From contig CAVYML010000004.1 of NCBI GenBank assembly GCA_963769605.1, positions 107,312 to 171,311 of the forward strand: a stretch of DNA of 64,000 bases. The letters run 5' to 3'. Shown one piece after another: positions 1 to 9,840 of this stretch; positions within the stretch are counted from its first letter, which is position 1, and every line of letters starts with the position of its first letter. Below the pieces are notes generated by a model that was not told the origin of the DNA, did not search any database, and saw only the letters and a program-made list of their open reading frames with translations. This DNA is from Ignavibacteriota bacterium (lineage in GTDB: Bacteria > Bacteroidota > Ignavibacteria > UBA10030). The position numbers and the translations under genes are program-made.

Positions 1-771
1 ATTATTTCCAGAACAGACCCGCAATTCCTTTTGCGTTTGTTCGAAATCGAAATTCCGGAAATTTACGACGGTATTATTGAACTCAAGAGAATTGCCCGCG
101 AACCGGGCGACCGTGCAAAGGTTGCCGTAATTTCGCATGACGAACGCATTGATGCGGTAGGAGCATGTGTAGGCATGAAAGGCGTGCGTATTCATGCAAT
201 TGTGCGGGAACTGAATAATGAAAATATCGATGTTATTAACTATACGGAAGATCCTACAGCGTTCATTCAAAGAGCATTAGCGCCGGCGAAGCTGAAAAAC
301 ATTCAAGTCGATGTAGAAAACAAGAAAGCGGTCATCATCGTTTCGGCCGATCAGGTGTCGCTGGCAATCGGAAAAGGCGGGCAAAATGTTCGTCTCGCTT
401 CAAAGCTGGCCGGATATGATATCCTCGTGCAGAAAGAAGGCGTGGAAGAAGAAGAATACGATATGGATCTTTCGGAATTTCGTGAAGAACTCGGCGATGT
501 TCTGTTCCATAAGTTCTTCGACGAGAATTTCCAATCTGTTCGCGATGTTCTTCAAAAATCGAAGGAAGAGTTGGTCAGTACGCTCGATATCGAACCGGAT
601 AAGGTTGAAGAAATTATTGCTATGCTGAAGAACGGCCTCGAAGAAGCGGAGGTCGAAAGCGAAGAAGAAGCGGAAGAGTTGATCGCAGAAGCCAACGCTT
701 CGCTCAAAGGAGAGAAAACATCCGCAGAACCAGAATCAACCGATCCGGTCGAAAAAAAAGAACGAACTTGA
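1..771 (+). CDS. nusA: Transcription termination/antitermination factor NusA, C-terminal part (5' end lies outside the window)
   Basis: Frame 1 is open from base 1. The translation shows LFEIEIPEIYDG, tandem KH motifs (VGACVGMKGVRI, LAIGKGGQNVRLA) and an acidic tail. It sits in the conserved nusA-infB order. Confidence 0.9.
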   Translation: MISRTDPQFLLRLFEIEIPEIYDGIIELKRIAREPGDRAKVAVISHDERIDAVGACVGMKGVRIHAIVRELNNENIDVINYTEDPTAFIQRALAPAKLKNIQVDVENKKAVIIVSADQVSLAIGKGGQNVRLASKLAGYDILVQKEGVEEEEYDMDLSEFREELGDVLFHKFFDENFQSVRDVLQKSKEELVSTLDIEPDKVEEIIAMLKNGLEEAEVESEEEAEELIAEANASLKGEKTSAEPESTDPVEKKERT

Positions 772-804
772 TCAATCAACGTGCAGTGATTACAGAAGAG
801 AACA

Positions 805-3508
805 ATGGCAGAAGCTGGTTCCAAAAGAATAAAAGTCTATAACCTCGCGAAGGAATTGAACCTTTCGAGCGAGACGCTGATTGAATTCCTGAAGAAAAAA
901 GGATTCGAAGCCAAGACGCATATGTCTATCGTCGATGAGCAAATGATCTCGGTCGTTCACGCTCATTTCAAAAAAGACAAGGACGTTGCAGACCGGCATC
1001 AGAGGAAAATGCAGGAATTTCGATCAACTCGGAAAAAAGAAACAGCTGAAAAACCGCAAAAAGAAGAAAAAGAAGATCGGAAACCGGGCGGAGAAACGGC
1101 GGTAAGCGCAGAGGAAACTTTTATCACGCCCGTCATTCCCGCACAGTCCCCCGCGATAAAAGAGGATCCCGTCGTTCAGGAAAAGACTCCAGCCGTACTT
1201 CCGCGGTTTGAAACCGTCGCTCCGGAGACCGTTGCTCCACAGCCCCAAGCGGAAGCCGTGATCCCGCCGGAAATACCTGTGGAAAAAACCGGAATTGAAA
1301 ATGCTGTCCTGGAAAAAACCGAAAAGTCTTCAAAAGAAAAAAAATCGCAAAAACCGGAACGTAAGGCCGTTCAGTCTCCTTTAGAAGCCCTCGTTGCCCG
1401 TCCTCAGAGGGGATTGACGATTAAGGGGAAAATTGATCTTTCAGTACCTGCGGTCGAAGACCGGAAGGAGGATGACGCAAAAAGAAAGAAAAAGAAAAAG
1501 AAAAAGATCAAAGAAGAGGTCAAAAAAGCTAAATCCGAACCGGCGCGTGCGGCTGACGAAGAAGGACACACGAGGAAGAAAAAACGAACACGAAAAGCCG
1601 AAGTCGATGATGAGGAAGTGCAGCGGGCAATTCGCGAAACTCTTGAAAAAGGAATTGATGAAGGTGCGGTTGCACGTGCTGCGATCAGGCGCAAGAAAAA
1701 GGAAAAACGGGAAGAGGAGCAGCAGCGCATTCTTGATGAAATAGAGCGCGGGAAAACGCATCTGACGGTAACGGAATTTGTGACGGTAGGAGAACTGGCA
1801 AACTTGATGCGTGTTTCCGTTGCTGAAGTGATACAAAAAGTTATGGGCCTCGGTATGATGGTATCCATCAATCAGAGACTTGAAAAAGATACCATTACGC
1901 TGGTTGCCGATGAATTTGGATTTCAGGTCGGTTTTGAAAATGCATTCAGCGACGAATTCCTCGGCGATACGGAGGATGCTGAAGAATCGTTAAAGACACG
2001 TCCCGCCGTAGTTACTATTATGGGGCATGTCGACCATGGAAAAACATCTCTTCTCGATTATATCCGTAATTCACATGTAGTAGCAGGTGAATCCGGCGGC
2101 ATTACGCAGCATATCGGCGCGTATGAGGTTACAGTCGCAGGAAACAAGCGGATTACATTTCTCGATACTCCGGGTCACGAAGCCTTTACGGCGATGCGGG
2201 CACGCGGCGCACAGGTCACCGATATTGTCGTGCTGGTTATAGCAGCCGATGACAGTGTTATGCCGCAGACATTAGAAGCCATGAGCCATGCACAAGCGGC
2301 AAGTGTTCCGATTATCGTAGCGTTGAATAAAATCGATAAACCGGAGGCGAATCCGGAACGCATTAAGCAGCAGCTGGCGGAACGGGGTTTGCTTGTGGAA
2401 GAGTACGGCGGTAAATCGCAGGTCGTAGAGCTCTCTGCGAAGACAGGAAAAAATGTTCGATCTGCTTTTGGAGAAAATTGTTCTTGAAGCAGAGGTGCTG
2501 GATTTAAAAGCCAATCCCGACTGTTTGGCGCGCGGCGCTGTTGTCGAAGCGGAATTAGATAAAGGCAAAGGAATTACGGCAACCGTGCTCATACAGAAAG
2601 GAACACTCCATGTCGGCGATTCCTTCGTATGCGGAGTCTGGAGCGGGCGTGTCCGTGCAATGTTCGATGAGCGCGGCCAGCGTGTAGATGCAGCAGGACC
2701 CTCCCAGCCAGTGCAAATGACCGGCTTTGACGGTATTCCGCAGGCAGGAGACGATTTGATTGTTCTGCAGGAAGAACGTGAAGCCCGTACGATCAGCATA
2801 CGGCGGCAGCAGCTTAAACGGGAGCAGGATTTCCGGCAGACACGTAGAGTGACGCTGGACGATATTTCTATGCAAATAAAAGAAGGGCAGGTGCGCGACC
2901 TTCCCGTTATAGTTAAAACAGACGTGGATGGATCTGCGGAAGCATTATCCGATTCTTTGATGAAACTGTCCACCGAAGAAGTGGTTGTTCGCGTCATTCA
3001 TAAGGGTGTCGGCGGAATTTCAGAATCGGATGTTCTTCTGGCTCTTGCATCGAATGCAATCATTATCGGGTTCCATGTGCGCCCGAATTTGAAGGCACGC
3101 CAATTGGCGCAGCAGGAAAATCTGGATATTCGATTATATAATATAATCTACGATGCAATTAATGATGTTAAAAACGCTCTCGAAGGATTGCTTGCCCCGA
3201 CGATTTCGGAGGAAATAACCGCTACAGTCGAAGTGCGCGATATTTTTAAAATATCCAAAATCGGTACTATTGCCGGTTGTCATGTAAGAGACGGAAAAAT
3301 TACACGCAGCAGCCGGGTACGTTTGGTCCGGGACGGCGTGGAAATCTATGACGGAACGCTAGCCTCGCTTAAAAGATTTAAAGATGATGTCCGGGAAGTG
3401 GAACAGGGATTCGAATGCGGGCTTGGCCTGGAGAATTTTAACGATCTGAAAGTCGGCGATATAGTCGAAGCGTATCGAAAAGTCGAGACAAAACGGAAAT
3501 TGGACTGA
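805..3508 (+). pseudogene. infB: Translation initiation factor IF-2, split into two ORFs (805-2487 frame 1, 2453-3508 frame 2) by a +1 frame disruption
   Basis: ORF 1 carries a Lys/Glu-rich N-terminus and the GTPase motifs [13 protein letters not shown] and NKID, ending ...[20 protein letters not shown] 2 continues with [21 protein letters not shown] and IF2 domains II to C2. Removing one base near the A6 run 2448-2453 or c2458 restores ...[15 protein letters not shown]. Confidence 0.9.
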
Positions 3509-3555
3509 GCTGGATTGGATGAAGTTATATTAAGTTTCAGTAAGAGAGGAATTTC

Positions 3556-3936
3556 GTGTCCGTACGAACGGAAAAAGTAGCATCGCTTTTTAAAGAAGAA
3601 TTGGGAAATTATTTTCAAAAAAATTTTCCATTGGAACGATATGGATTGATGACCGTTACGGAAGTGCGCATGAGTCCCGATCTTCGAAATGCAAAGGTTT
3701 TTGTCAGTATCTTCGGCGACGGGGAGAGAAAAAAGAAATCTCTTGCACAACTGGAATCGCATAAGCCGGAGATTCGTTCGGCCATGGGAAAGCTTATCCG
3801 GCTGCGCTATACGCCCGCTCTTCTGTTCGTCCTGGACGAATCGATCGATCGGGCGATGAATCTTGAAAAGATATTCAAGCAGATTCATCAGGAACGTGAC
3901 GAACAAGGGAGCGAGAACTCAGGTTCGGAACGATGA
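3556..3936 (+). CDS. rbfA: Ribosome-binding factor A
   Basis: GTG start. RbfA-like translation (VTEVRMSPDLRNAKVFVSIFG ... RLRYTPALLFVLDESIDRA). Located between infB and truB. Confidence 0.88.
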   Translation: MSVRTEKVASLFKEELGNYFQKNFPLERYGLMTVTEVRMSPDLRNAKVFVSIFGDGERKKKSLAQLESHKPEIRSAMGKLIRLRYTPALLFVLDESIDRAMNLEKIFKQIHQERDEQGSENSGSER

Positions 3937-4634
3937 ATGAAATGCATATTCAGGATACGACTTCGCTCAAACAAGAGGGAAGCGTTTTGTTCATTGATAA
4001 ACCGTTGGACTGGACATCATTCGATGTCGTTAAGAAAATCCGTTCGGCAACGCACGAACGGAAAGTAGGGCATGCGGGCACGCTCGACCCTCAAGCAACG
4101 GGGCTTCTTATTGTCTGCATCGGAAAAATGACGAAATCGATCGACCGCTTCGTTGGGCTGGAAAAAGAATATTGCGGATCTTTCGAACTGGGCATACGGA
4201 CGCCGAGTTTCGATTCGGAAACAGATGTTAGCGAAAGGCGCGATTGGTCGGGTATAACGGCAGAACGCATTACTGCACTGGCAAAGGAATTTACCGGGGC
4301 ACAGCTTCAAGTTCCGCCCATGTACAGCGCCCTGAAATACGGCGGAAAACCGCTCTATGAATTTGCACGTGCAGGAAAAGTAGTGGAACGGGCAGAAAGG
4401 GAAATTATTATTTCCGAATTTTCTGTCGACGCTCTACGACTTCCTTTTGTGGACTTTGGCGTGGTCTGTTCGAAAGGAACATACATACGTTCGCTGGTTG
4501 ATGAATTCGGACAGCGCTTAGGATGCGGTGCCGTGCTTCGATCGCTGCGCCGTACACGAATCGGACAGTATAACGTCCGGGATGCATGGACAATCGAGAA
4601 AATGTCGGCAGAATTAAAAATAGAAACCAAATAA
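3933..4634 (+). CDS. truB: tRNA pseudouridine(55) synthase TruB
   Basis: Catalytic motif GHAGTLDPQATGLL. ATGA overlap with the rbfA stop. Conserved synteny. Confidence 0.9.
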   Translation: MNEMHIQDTTSLKQEGSVLFIDKPLDWTSFDVVKKIRSATHERKVGHAGTLDPQATGLLIVCIGKMTKSIDRFVGLEKEYCGSFELGIRTPSFDSETDVSERRDWSGITAERITALAKEFTGAQLQVPPMYSALKYGGKPLYEFARAGKVVERAEREIIISEFSVDALRLPFVDFGVVCSKGTYIRSLVDEFGQRLGCGAVLRSLRRTRIGQYNVRDAWTIEKMSAELKIETK

Positions 4635-4683
4635 CCAAATAACTAAGAAACTAAGTAACCAAGCAACTAAGCAACCAACAAAC
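4625..4683. repeat. Tandem octamer array AAC[CT]AA[ACG]N, about 7 units
   Basis: Read directly: aaccaaat aaccaaat aactaaga aactaagt aaccaagc aactaagc aaccaaca. It overlaps the truB stop codon. Confidence 0.85.
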
Positions 4684-4692
4684 TTCTCACAC

Positions 4693-5646
4693 ATGGAAGT
4701 CGTTCATTCATTATCCGGAATTTCTTTGAATCCGAATTCATGCGTCACTGTCGGTACGTATGACGGTGTTCATATTGCGCATCAGGAGATTCTTCGAAAA
4801 TTGGTCGCTGCGGCCCGGCGACGAAACGGAAGGAGCGTCGTCCTGACGTTCGATCCGCATCCGCGCGAGGTTCTTTCAAAAAAGAATGAACCGTTTGAAA
4901 TTCTGACAACGCTCTCCGAACGTATGGATCTTTTTAAAGAGTTCGGCATCGATATCGCCGTTGTTGTGAAATTCGATGAAGAGTTTGCCCGGCAGAGCTT
5001 TGAAGATTTTTATAAAAAATATATCATCGACGGAATCGGCGCAGCAGAGGTTTATGAAGGGCCGGATCATCGTTTCGGCCGGGATCGGGAAGGAGATATT
5101 GAAACACTAAAAATGCTCGGCATGCAATATCATTTTTCCGTTCATCTGCTCGAACCTGTTGCAGTCAACGGTCTTTTAGTCGGCAGTTCCCGTCTGCGGA
5201 GCATTTTGCATTTGGGTGAAGTCGATGCAGCATCAAAACTGCTTGGCCGGCCGTATGCAATAAGCGGAATTGTGGTGGAAGGAGACAAGCGCGGACATGC
5301 GCTGGGATACCCGACGGCGAATCTTTTGCCGGATTCGGCCAGGAAACTGATACCGGCGGATGGAATTTATTTAACAAAGGCGGTCATCGGCAGCAGGCTC
5401 TTTTACGGTTTGACCAGTATCGGGGTACGTCCGACGTTTTATACTGCGGGAAAACGTCTCGTTGAAACGCATATTTTAAATTTTGACGAGAATCTTTACG
5501 GTGCATCTATGACAGTACGGATGCTTCAACGTCTTCGTGATGAGATGAAATTTTATAACGTCAACGATTTGATAGAACAAATGAATCGAGATAAAAAGAA
5601 AAGTCAGGAATTAATTAAGGAATTAGAAACAGAGACACATGTCTGA
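4693..5646 (+). CDS. ribF: Bifunctional riboflavin kinase / FMN adenylyltransferase
   Basis: 317 aa. N-terminal FAD synthetase motif (VTVGTYDGVHIAHQ) and C-terminal riboflavin kinase motifs (GYPTANL, ETHILNFDENLYG). Confidence 0.9.
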   Translation: MEVVHSLSGISLNPNSCVTVGTYDGVHIAHQEILRKLVAAARRRNGRSVVLTFDPHPREVLSKKNEPFEILTTLSERMDLFKEFGIDIAVVVKFDEEFARQSFEDFYKKYIIDGIGAAEVYEGPDHRFGRDREGDIETLKMLGMQYHFSVHLLEPVAVNGLLVGSSRLRSILHLGEVDAASKLLGRPYAISGIVVEGDKRGHALGYPTANLLPDSARKLIPADGIYLTKAVIGSRLFYGLTSIGVRPTFYTAGKRLVETHILNFDENLYGASMTVRMLQRLRDEMKFYNVNDLIEQMNRDKKKSQELIKELETETHV

Positions 5647-5664
5647 AATTTGAGAGGAGTAGAT

Positions 5665-5934
5665 ATGCCAATAACAAAAGAACAAAAACTCGCATACATC
5701 GCAAAATACGGCAAGAATGATAAAGATACCGGTTCTCCGGAAGTGCAAATTGCAATTCTGACCGCCGATATCAACGCGCTTTCACCGCATCTGGAGTCGA
5801 ACAAGGGCGATCATCATTCGCGCCTCGGATTGTTGAAGAATGTCGGAAAGCGGCGGAGGCTGCTCGATTATTTAATGAAGAAGGATATCAATCGATATCG
5901 AAAAATTATTCAGGAACTTGAGATTCGCAAATAA
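5665..5934 (+). CDS. rpsO: 30S ribosomal protein S15
   Basis: MPITKEQK...[11 protein letters not shown]...[29 protein letters not shown]. The ATG at 5665 is preceded by gagagga, so the TTG at 5650 in the ORF track is probably an over-extension. Confidence 0.9.
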   Translation: MPITKEQKLAYIAKYGKNDKDTGSPEVQIAILTADINALSPHLESNKGDHHSRLGLLKNVGKRRRLLDYLMKKDINRYRKIIQELEIRK

Positions 5935-5982
5935 GCGAAATCATCAGTCATTTTATTTGTCACAAAGAAAGACAGCAGGAAT

Positions 5983-8151
5983 ATGATACGAACAAAAGAG
6001 GTTGTTTTCGGCGGCAAAACGTTTTCATTTGAAACCGGCCGATTCGCCAAACAGGCGGACGGTGCGGTTATGGTACGTTATGCGGATACGATGGTACTCG
6101 CCACGGTTGTAAGCGCAAAAGAATCGAAAGAGAGTCAGGATTTTTTCCCGCTCCAGGTGGAGTATCGGGAAAAGATGGGTGCGGCGGGAAAAATTCCGGG
6201 CGGTTTCTTCAAACGCGAAGGGAAGCCGTCGGAAAAAGAAGTCCTCTCATCGCGGCTCATCGACCGGCCGATTCGACCCATGTTCTCAAAGGATTATAAG
6301 AACGAGACACAGATTCTCGTTACGGTGTATTCCTCAGATAAGGAACATGACGGCGATGTGCTCGGAGCATGCGCTGCCTCGGCATCGTTGATGGTATCCG
6401 ATATCCCATTCGACGGACCGATTGCAGAAGTTCGTGTGGGAAGAATCGATGGACAGTTCCTTATTAACCCGACTTATTCTGAGCTTGAAAAAAGCGACAT
6501 GGATGTGACAGTGGCCGGAACCGTGGAATCCATAGCAATGGTGGAAGGGGAAGCCAACGAAATTTCCGAACAGGACATGTTGAATGCTCTACGGTTCGGA
6601 CATGAAGCGATTAAAAAACTTTGTCAGGTTCAAGTTGATCTGGCAACTGAGGTGCGTAAGGAAAAACGGACGATTGCAGCCGTTGAAGTTCCCGATGGCT
6701 TAATGGAAGAAATCCGAACGCTGGCAGAGACACGCCTTCGTGAATTGAGTAAAACCATTCTTGCAAAGGAAGAACGGTCAAAAGCGAACGATGCAATGTA
6801 TGATGAAGTTCAGAAAACACTTGCGGAAAAATATCCTGAAAAAGAAATGCTCATCCACGATCTTTTACATGATATCGAACGCGATGCCATGCGCTCGACC
6901 ATCTTAGCTGAAGGCAAGCGTCTGGACGGTAGAACACCCATACAGATTCGTCCGATCACGAGCGAAATCGGACTTCTACCTCGCACGCACGGATCGGCTC
7001 TTTTTACACGCGGCGAAACGCAAAGTCTGACCACCGCAACGCTCGGTACAAAAATGGATGAACAAATTCTGGACGGTTTGCTTCCAGAAACGACCAAGAG
7101 ATTTATGCTGCATTATAATTTTCCGCCGTTCAGCGTAGGTGAAGTCGGACGTATTGGAAACGTCGGACGCCGCGAAATCGGCCACGGGAATCTTGCAGAA
7201 CGCGCTTTGAAAATTCTCATACCTCCGGAAAAAGAATTTCCGTATACGATTCGCGTCGTTTCCGATATTCTTGAGTCCAACGGTTCTTCTTCAATGGCAA
7301 CCGTCTGCGCAGGTTCTCTTGCATTATTCGATGCCGGTGTGCCTATGGCGCGGCCTGTTGCAGGCATTGCGATGGGACTCGTCAAAGAAGGAGATAAAGT
7401 AGCTATCCTCAGCGATATACTCGGGAATGAAGATCACCTCGGAGATATGGATTTTAAAGTTGCCGGATCGAAAAAAGGTATCACTGCTTTTCAGATGGAT
7501 ATTAAAATAAAAGGAATATCTTTCGAAATTCTTGAAAAAGCCCTCGAACAGGCGAAGGACGGACGTTTTCATATACTGTCCAAGATGGCGGAAACTATTG
7601 AAGAACCGCGAAAGGAGCTTTCGCAATATGCGCCTCGCCTGCAAACAATTAAGGTTCCGGTCGATATGATCGGTGCTATCATCGGACCGGGCGGAAAGAA
7701 TATTCGCTCCATCGTACAGGAAAGCGGTGCGGAAATCAATATTGACGATGATGGAACTGTAACGATTGCCGCTGTAGAGAAAGAGTCGTCCGATATCGCC
7801 ATGCGCCGCATTCTCGGAATGACGGAAATGCCGGAAATCGGCAAGGTCTATAATGCTACGGTGAAAAAAATAACAGATTTCGGCGCCTTTGTAGAAATTC
7901 TTCCCGGCAAAGAAGGTCTGATTCACGTTTCACAACTCGATGTTAAACGTGTTGAAAACGTCGGAGATTTCTTAAAGCTCGGCGATAAGATCGATGTCAA
8001 ACTGATGCATGTCGATGCGGATGGAAAAATGAGCCTGAGCCATAAAGCGCTTCTTCCCGGAGGCGAAAACGCCGAAGAAGAAATTCGGCGAACGCAGGAA
8101 CGAAAAAGGAACGCACCTCCGCGCGATCGGGGCAGCAGGCATCATAGCTAA
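5983..8151 (+). CDS. pnp: Polyribonucleotide nucleotidyltransferase (PNPase)
   Basis: 722 aa with two RNase PH domains, KH (IGAIIGPGGKNIRSI) and S1 (GKVYNATVKKITDFGAFVEI). Classical rpsO-pnp pair. Confidence 0.93.
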   Translation: MIRTKEVVFGGKTFSFETGRFAKQADGAVMVRYADTMVLATVVSAKESKESQDFFPLQVEYREKMGAAGKIPGGFFKREGKPSEKEVLSSRLIDRPIRPMFSKDYKNETQILVTVYSSDKEHDGDVLGACAASASLMVSDIPFDGPIAEVRVGRIDGQFLINPTYSELEKSDMDVTVAGTVESIAMVEGEANEISEQDMLNALRFGHEAIKKLCQVQVDLATEVRKEKRTIAAVEVPDGLMEEIRTLAETRLRELSKTILAKEERSKANDAMYDEVQKTLAEKYPEKEMLIHDLLHDIERDAMRSTILAEGKRLDGRTPIQIRPITSEIGLLPRTHGSALFTRGETQSLTTATLGTKMDEQILDGLLPETTKRFMLHYNFPPFSVGEVGRIGNVGRREIGHGNLAERALKILIPPEKEFPYTIRVVSDILESNGSSSMATVCAGSLALFDAGVPMARPVAGIAMGLVKEGDKVAILSDILGNEDHLGDMDFKVAGSKKGITAFQMDIKIKGISFEILEKALEQAKDGRFHILSKMAETIEEPRKELSQYAPRLQTIKVPVDMIGAIIGPGGKNIRSIVQESGAEINIDDDGTVTIAAVEKESSDIAMRRILGMTEMPEIGKVYNATVKKITDFGAFVEILPGKEGLIHVSQLDVKRVENVGDFLKLGDKIDVKLMHVDADGKMSLSHKALLPGGENAEEEIRRTQERKRNAPPRDRGSRHHS

Positions 8152-8166
8152 AATCTCTGTTTTTTG

Positions 8167-8216
8167 AAAAATCCTCACCGCGCGTTATGAAATATTTACG
8201 TTGTGAGGATTTTTTA
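8167..8216 (+). terminator. Rho-independent terminator-like hairpin after pnp
   Basis: aaaaatcctcac (8167-8178) pairs with gtgaggattttt (8204-8215), followed by a T run. The loop is long (about 25 nt). Confidence 0.6.
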
Positions 8217-8288
8217 ATTACTCAGCGTGATATTGAAAGAAATAAAAAAAATCTCCCTCTTTTTCAGAGAATGAGGCTGTCCAAAAAG

Positions 8289-8329
8289 CAGGAATTTTGG
8301 TAGGAAAAACATTCCTGTTTGTCGTTTTT
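8289..8329 (+). terminator. Second hairpin plus T-rich tail about 80 nt upstream of aroA (terminator or leader structure)
   Basis: caggaat (8289-8295) pairs with attcctg (8311-8317), followed by tttgtcgttttt. Confidence 0.35.
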
Positions 8330-8410
8330 CATCAATGGAGGACAAGAATACCTATCCTACCGTCAGACGATCTTTTTATCTTGGCACCTTGCGAAGGAGG
8401 CTAATGCTGG

Positions 8411-9712
8411 ATGTCTCAAAAGGATGGATTTACAAATTATATGAATATCGAAATTCCAATATCTCGAGGTTTGAACGGGCAGTATAGCGTCCCCGGAGAT
8501 AAATCTATTTCGCACCGGGCATTGATGATAGCTGCGATAGCCGATGGCATGAGTACTATCGAAGGATGTTCGTCCGCCGCCGATCCCCGTAGTACACGCC
8601 GTTGTCTCGAGTCGCTCGGGGTAAAATTCGATTTGGCTGCATCGCAGTATCGTGTTGAAGGACGAGGACTGCGCGGGCTTTCCGGATCGCGGGCGCCTTT
8701 AGATGCGGGTAATTCCGGAACAACTATTCGACTCATGTCGGGCATTCTTGCCGGACAGCAATTCTCATCTGAAATTATAGGAGATGCCTCGCTCAGCCGG
8801 CGGCCTATGCTCAGGGTATTCGAACCGCTTCGTCTCATGGGAGCGCATATACATGGAACGGAAAATAATACTGCACCAATATTGATTGAAACAGTTCCGG
8901 GTTTGCATGGAATCGAATATGCGATGCCGGTTTCGAGTGCACAGGTAAAATCCGCCGTTCTTTTCGCCGGCGCTTTTGCCGAGGGCATAACAACCGTCCG
9001 GGAAAAAATTCAGACCCGCGATCATACGGAACGTATGCTTGGCCTGAAGACTACAGTTCATGAAGGAGTTTGGAAGACTTCCATTGAAGGAGGCAGAACA
9101 ATACCGGCTCAAAGTTTTTTCATTCCCGGAGACATCTCTGCGGCCGCGTTTTTAATCGTTGCAGGTTTGATCGTTCCTCATTCATCCATTTGTATACTCA
9201 ATGTAGGCCTTAATCCGACAAGGACGGAACTCTTGCATGTGCTGAAGGGATTGGGCGCTTCCATTGAAATTCAAAATGAACGCCTTGAGTCAGGCGAACG
9301 AATCGGCGACGTTCATGTTTTGACCTCGGATCTGCAAGGAGATATGATTTTGCAAGGGGAAACGGTCGCCAGAGTAATCGATGAAATTCCTATTTTGGCG
9401 ATAGCGGCCTTATTTTCGAAAGGCGCATTCCATCTCAGAAATGCAGAAGAACTGCGCAGAAAAGAGTCCGATAGAATAACTTCGATGGTGGCTAACCTTC
9501 ACACACTCGGTGTGGATGCAGAAGAGTATCCGGACGGTTTTGGTTTTGAGTCAAGCGGTAATTTGCAGGGGGGGATCATCGAAAGTTTCGACGATCATCG
9601 CATTGCAATGGCATTCGGCATAGCCGGACTAAGAATTCCCGCCATCACGATAAAACATGCAGAATGCGTAGATATCTCTTTCCCGGGGTTCTGGGGTTTC
9701 TTTCTTTGGTAA
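8411..9712 (+). CDS. aroA: 3-phosphoshikimate 1-carboxyvinyltransferase (EPSP synthase)
   Basis: 433 aa with motifs VPGDKSISHRALM and GNSGTTIRLMSGILAGQ, plus a C-terminal DHRIAMAF. Confidence 0.9.
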   Translation: MSQKDGFTNYMNIEIPISRGLNGQYSVPGDKSISHRALMIAAIADGMSTIEGCSSAADPRSTRRCLESLGVKFDLAASQYRVEGRGLRGLSGSRAPLDAGNSGTTIRLMSGILAGQQFSSEIIGDASLSRRPMLRVFEPLRLMGAHIHGTENNTAPILIETVPGLHGIEYAMPVSSAQVKSAVLFAGAFAEGITTVREKIQTRDHTERMLGLKTTVHEGVWKTSIEGGRTIPAQSFFIPGDISAAAFLIVAGLIVPHSSICILNVGLNPTRTELLHVLKGLGASIEIQNERLESGERIGDVHVLTSDLQGDMILQGETVARVIDEIPILAIAALFSKGAFHLRNAEELRRKESDRITSMVANLHTLGVDAEEYPDGFGFESSGNLQGGIIESFDDHRIAMAFGIAGLRIPAITIKHAECVDISFPGFWGFFLW

Positions 9713-9727
9713 AAGTGTATTTGTGCA

Positions 9728-9837
9728 TAGTTCGTAGTTCTTAGTTGGTTTGTAGTTCAATCTTGGTCAGCTCTTAACCACTCACAACGAACTAAGAACT
9801 ACGAACCAAGAACTACGAACTAAGAACCACGAACTAA
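9728..9837. repeat. Inverted pair of heptamer arrays: (TAGTTCN)n arm 9728-9759 and (GAAC[TC]A[AC])7 arm 9789-9837
   Basis: Read directly. tagttcgtagttctt in the left arm is the exact complement of aagaactacgaacta in the right arm. It lies between convergent aroA and bshC, so a bidirectional terminator-like hairpin is plausible. Confidence 0.85.
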
Positions 9838-9840
9838 TTC

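Noticed and set aside
2440-2490. Programmed +1 ribosomal frameshift in infB (prfB-like)
   Set aside because: There is no in-frame stop at the shift site and no upstream SD-like stimulator at the right spacing. Four other unrelated genes show the same one-extra-base lesion, so sequence error is more parsimonious.
2272-2997. Long antisense ORFs inside infB, pnp (7324-7926), aroA (8437-8988), the GT2 genes (17776-18315, 15490-16047) and yifB
   Set aside because: They lie opposite genes with strong motif support. Their composition is biased (Ser/Arg/Cys-rich) and they have no recognisable domains, which is typical of shadow ORFs in GC-moderate DNA.
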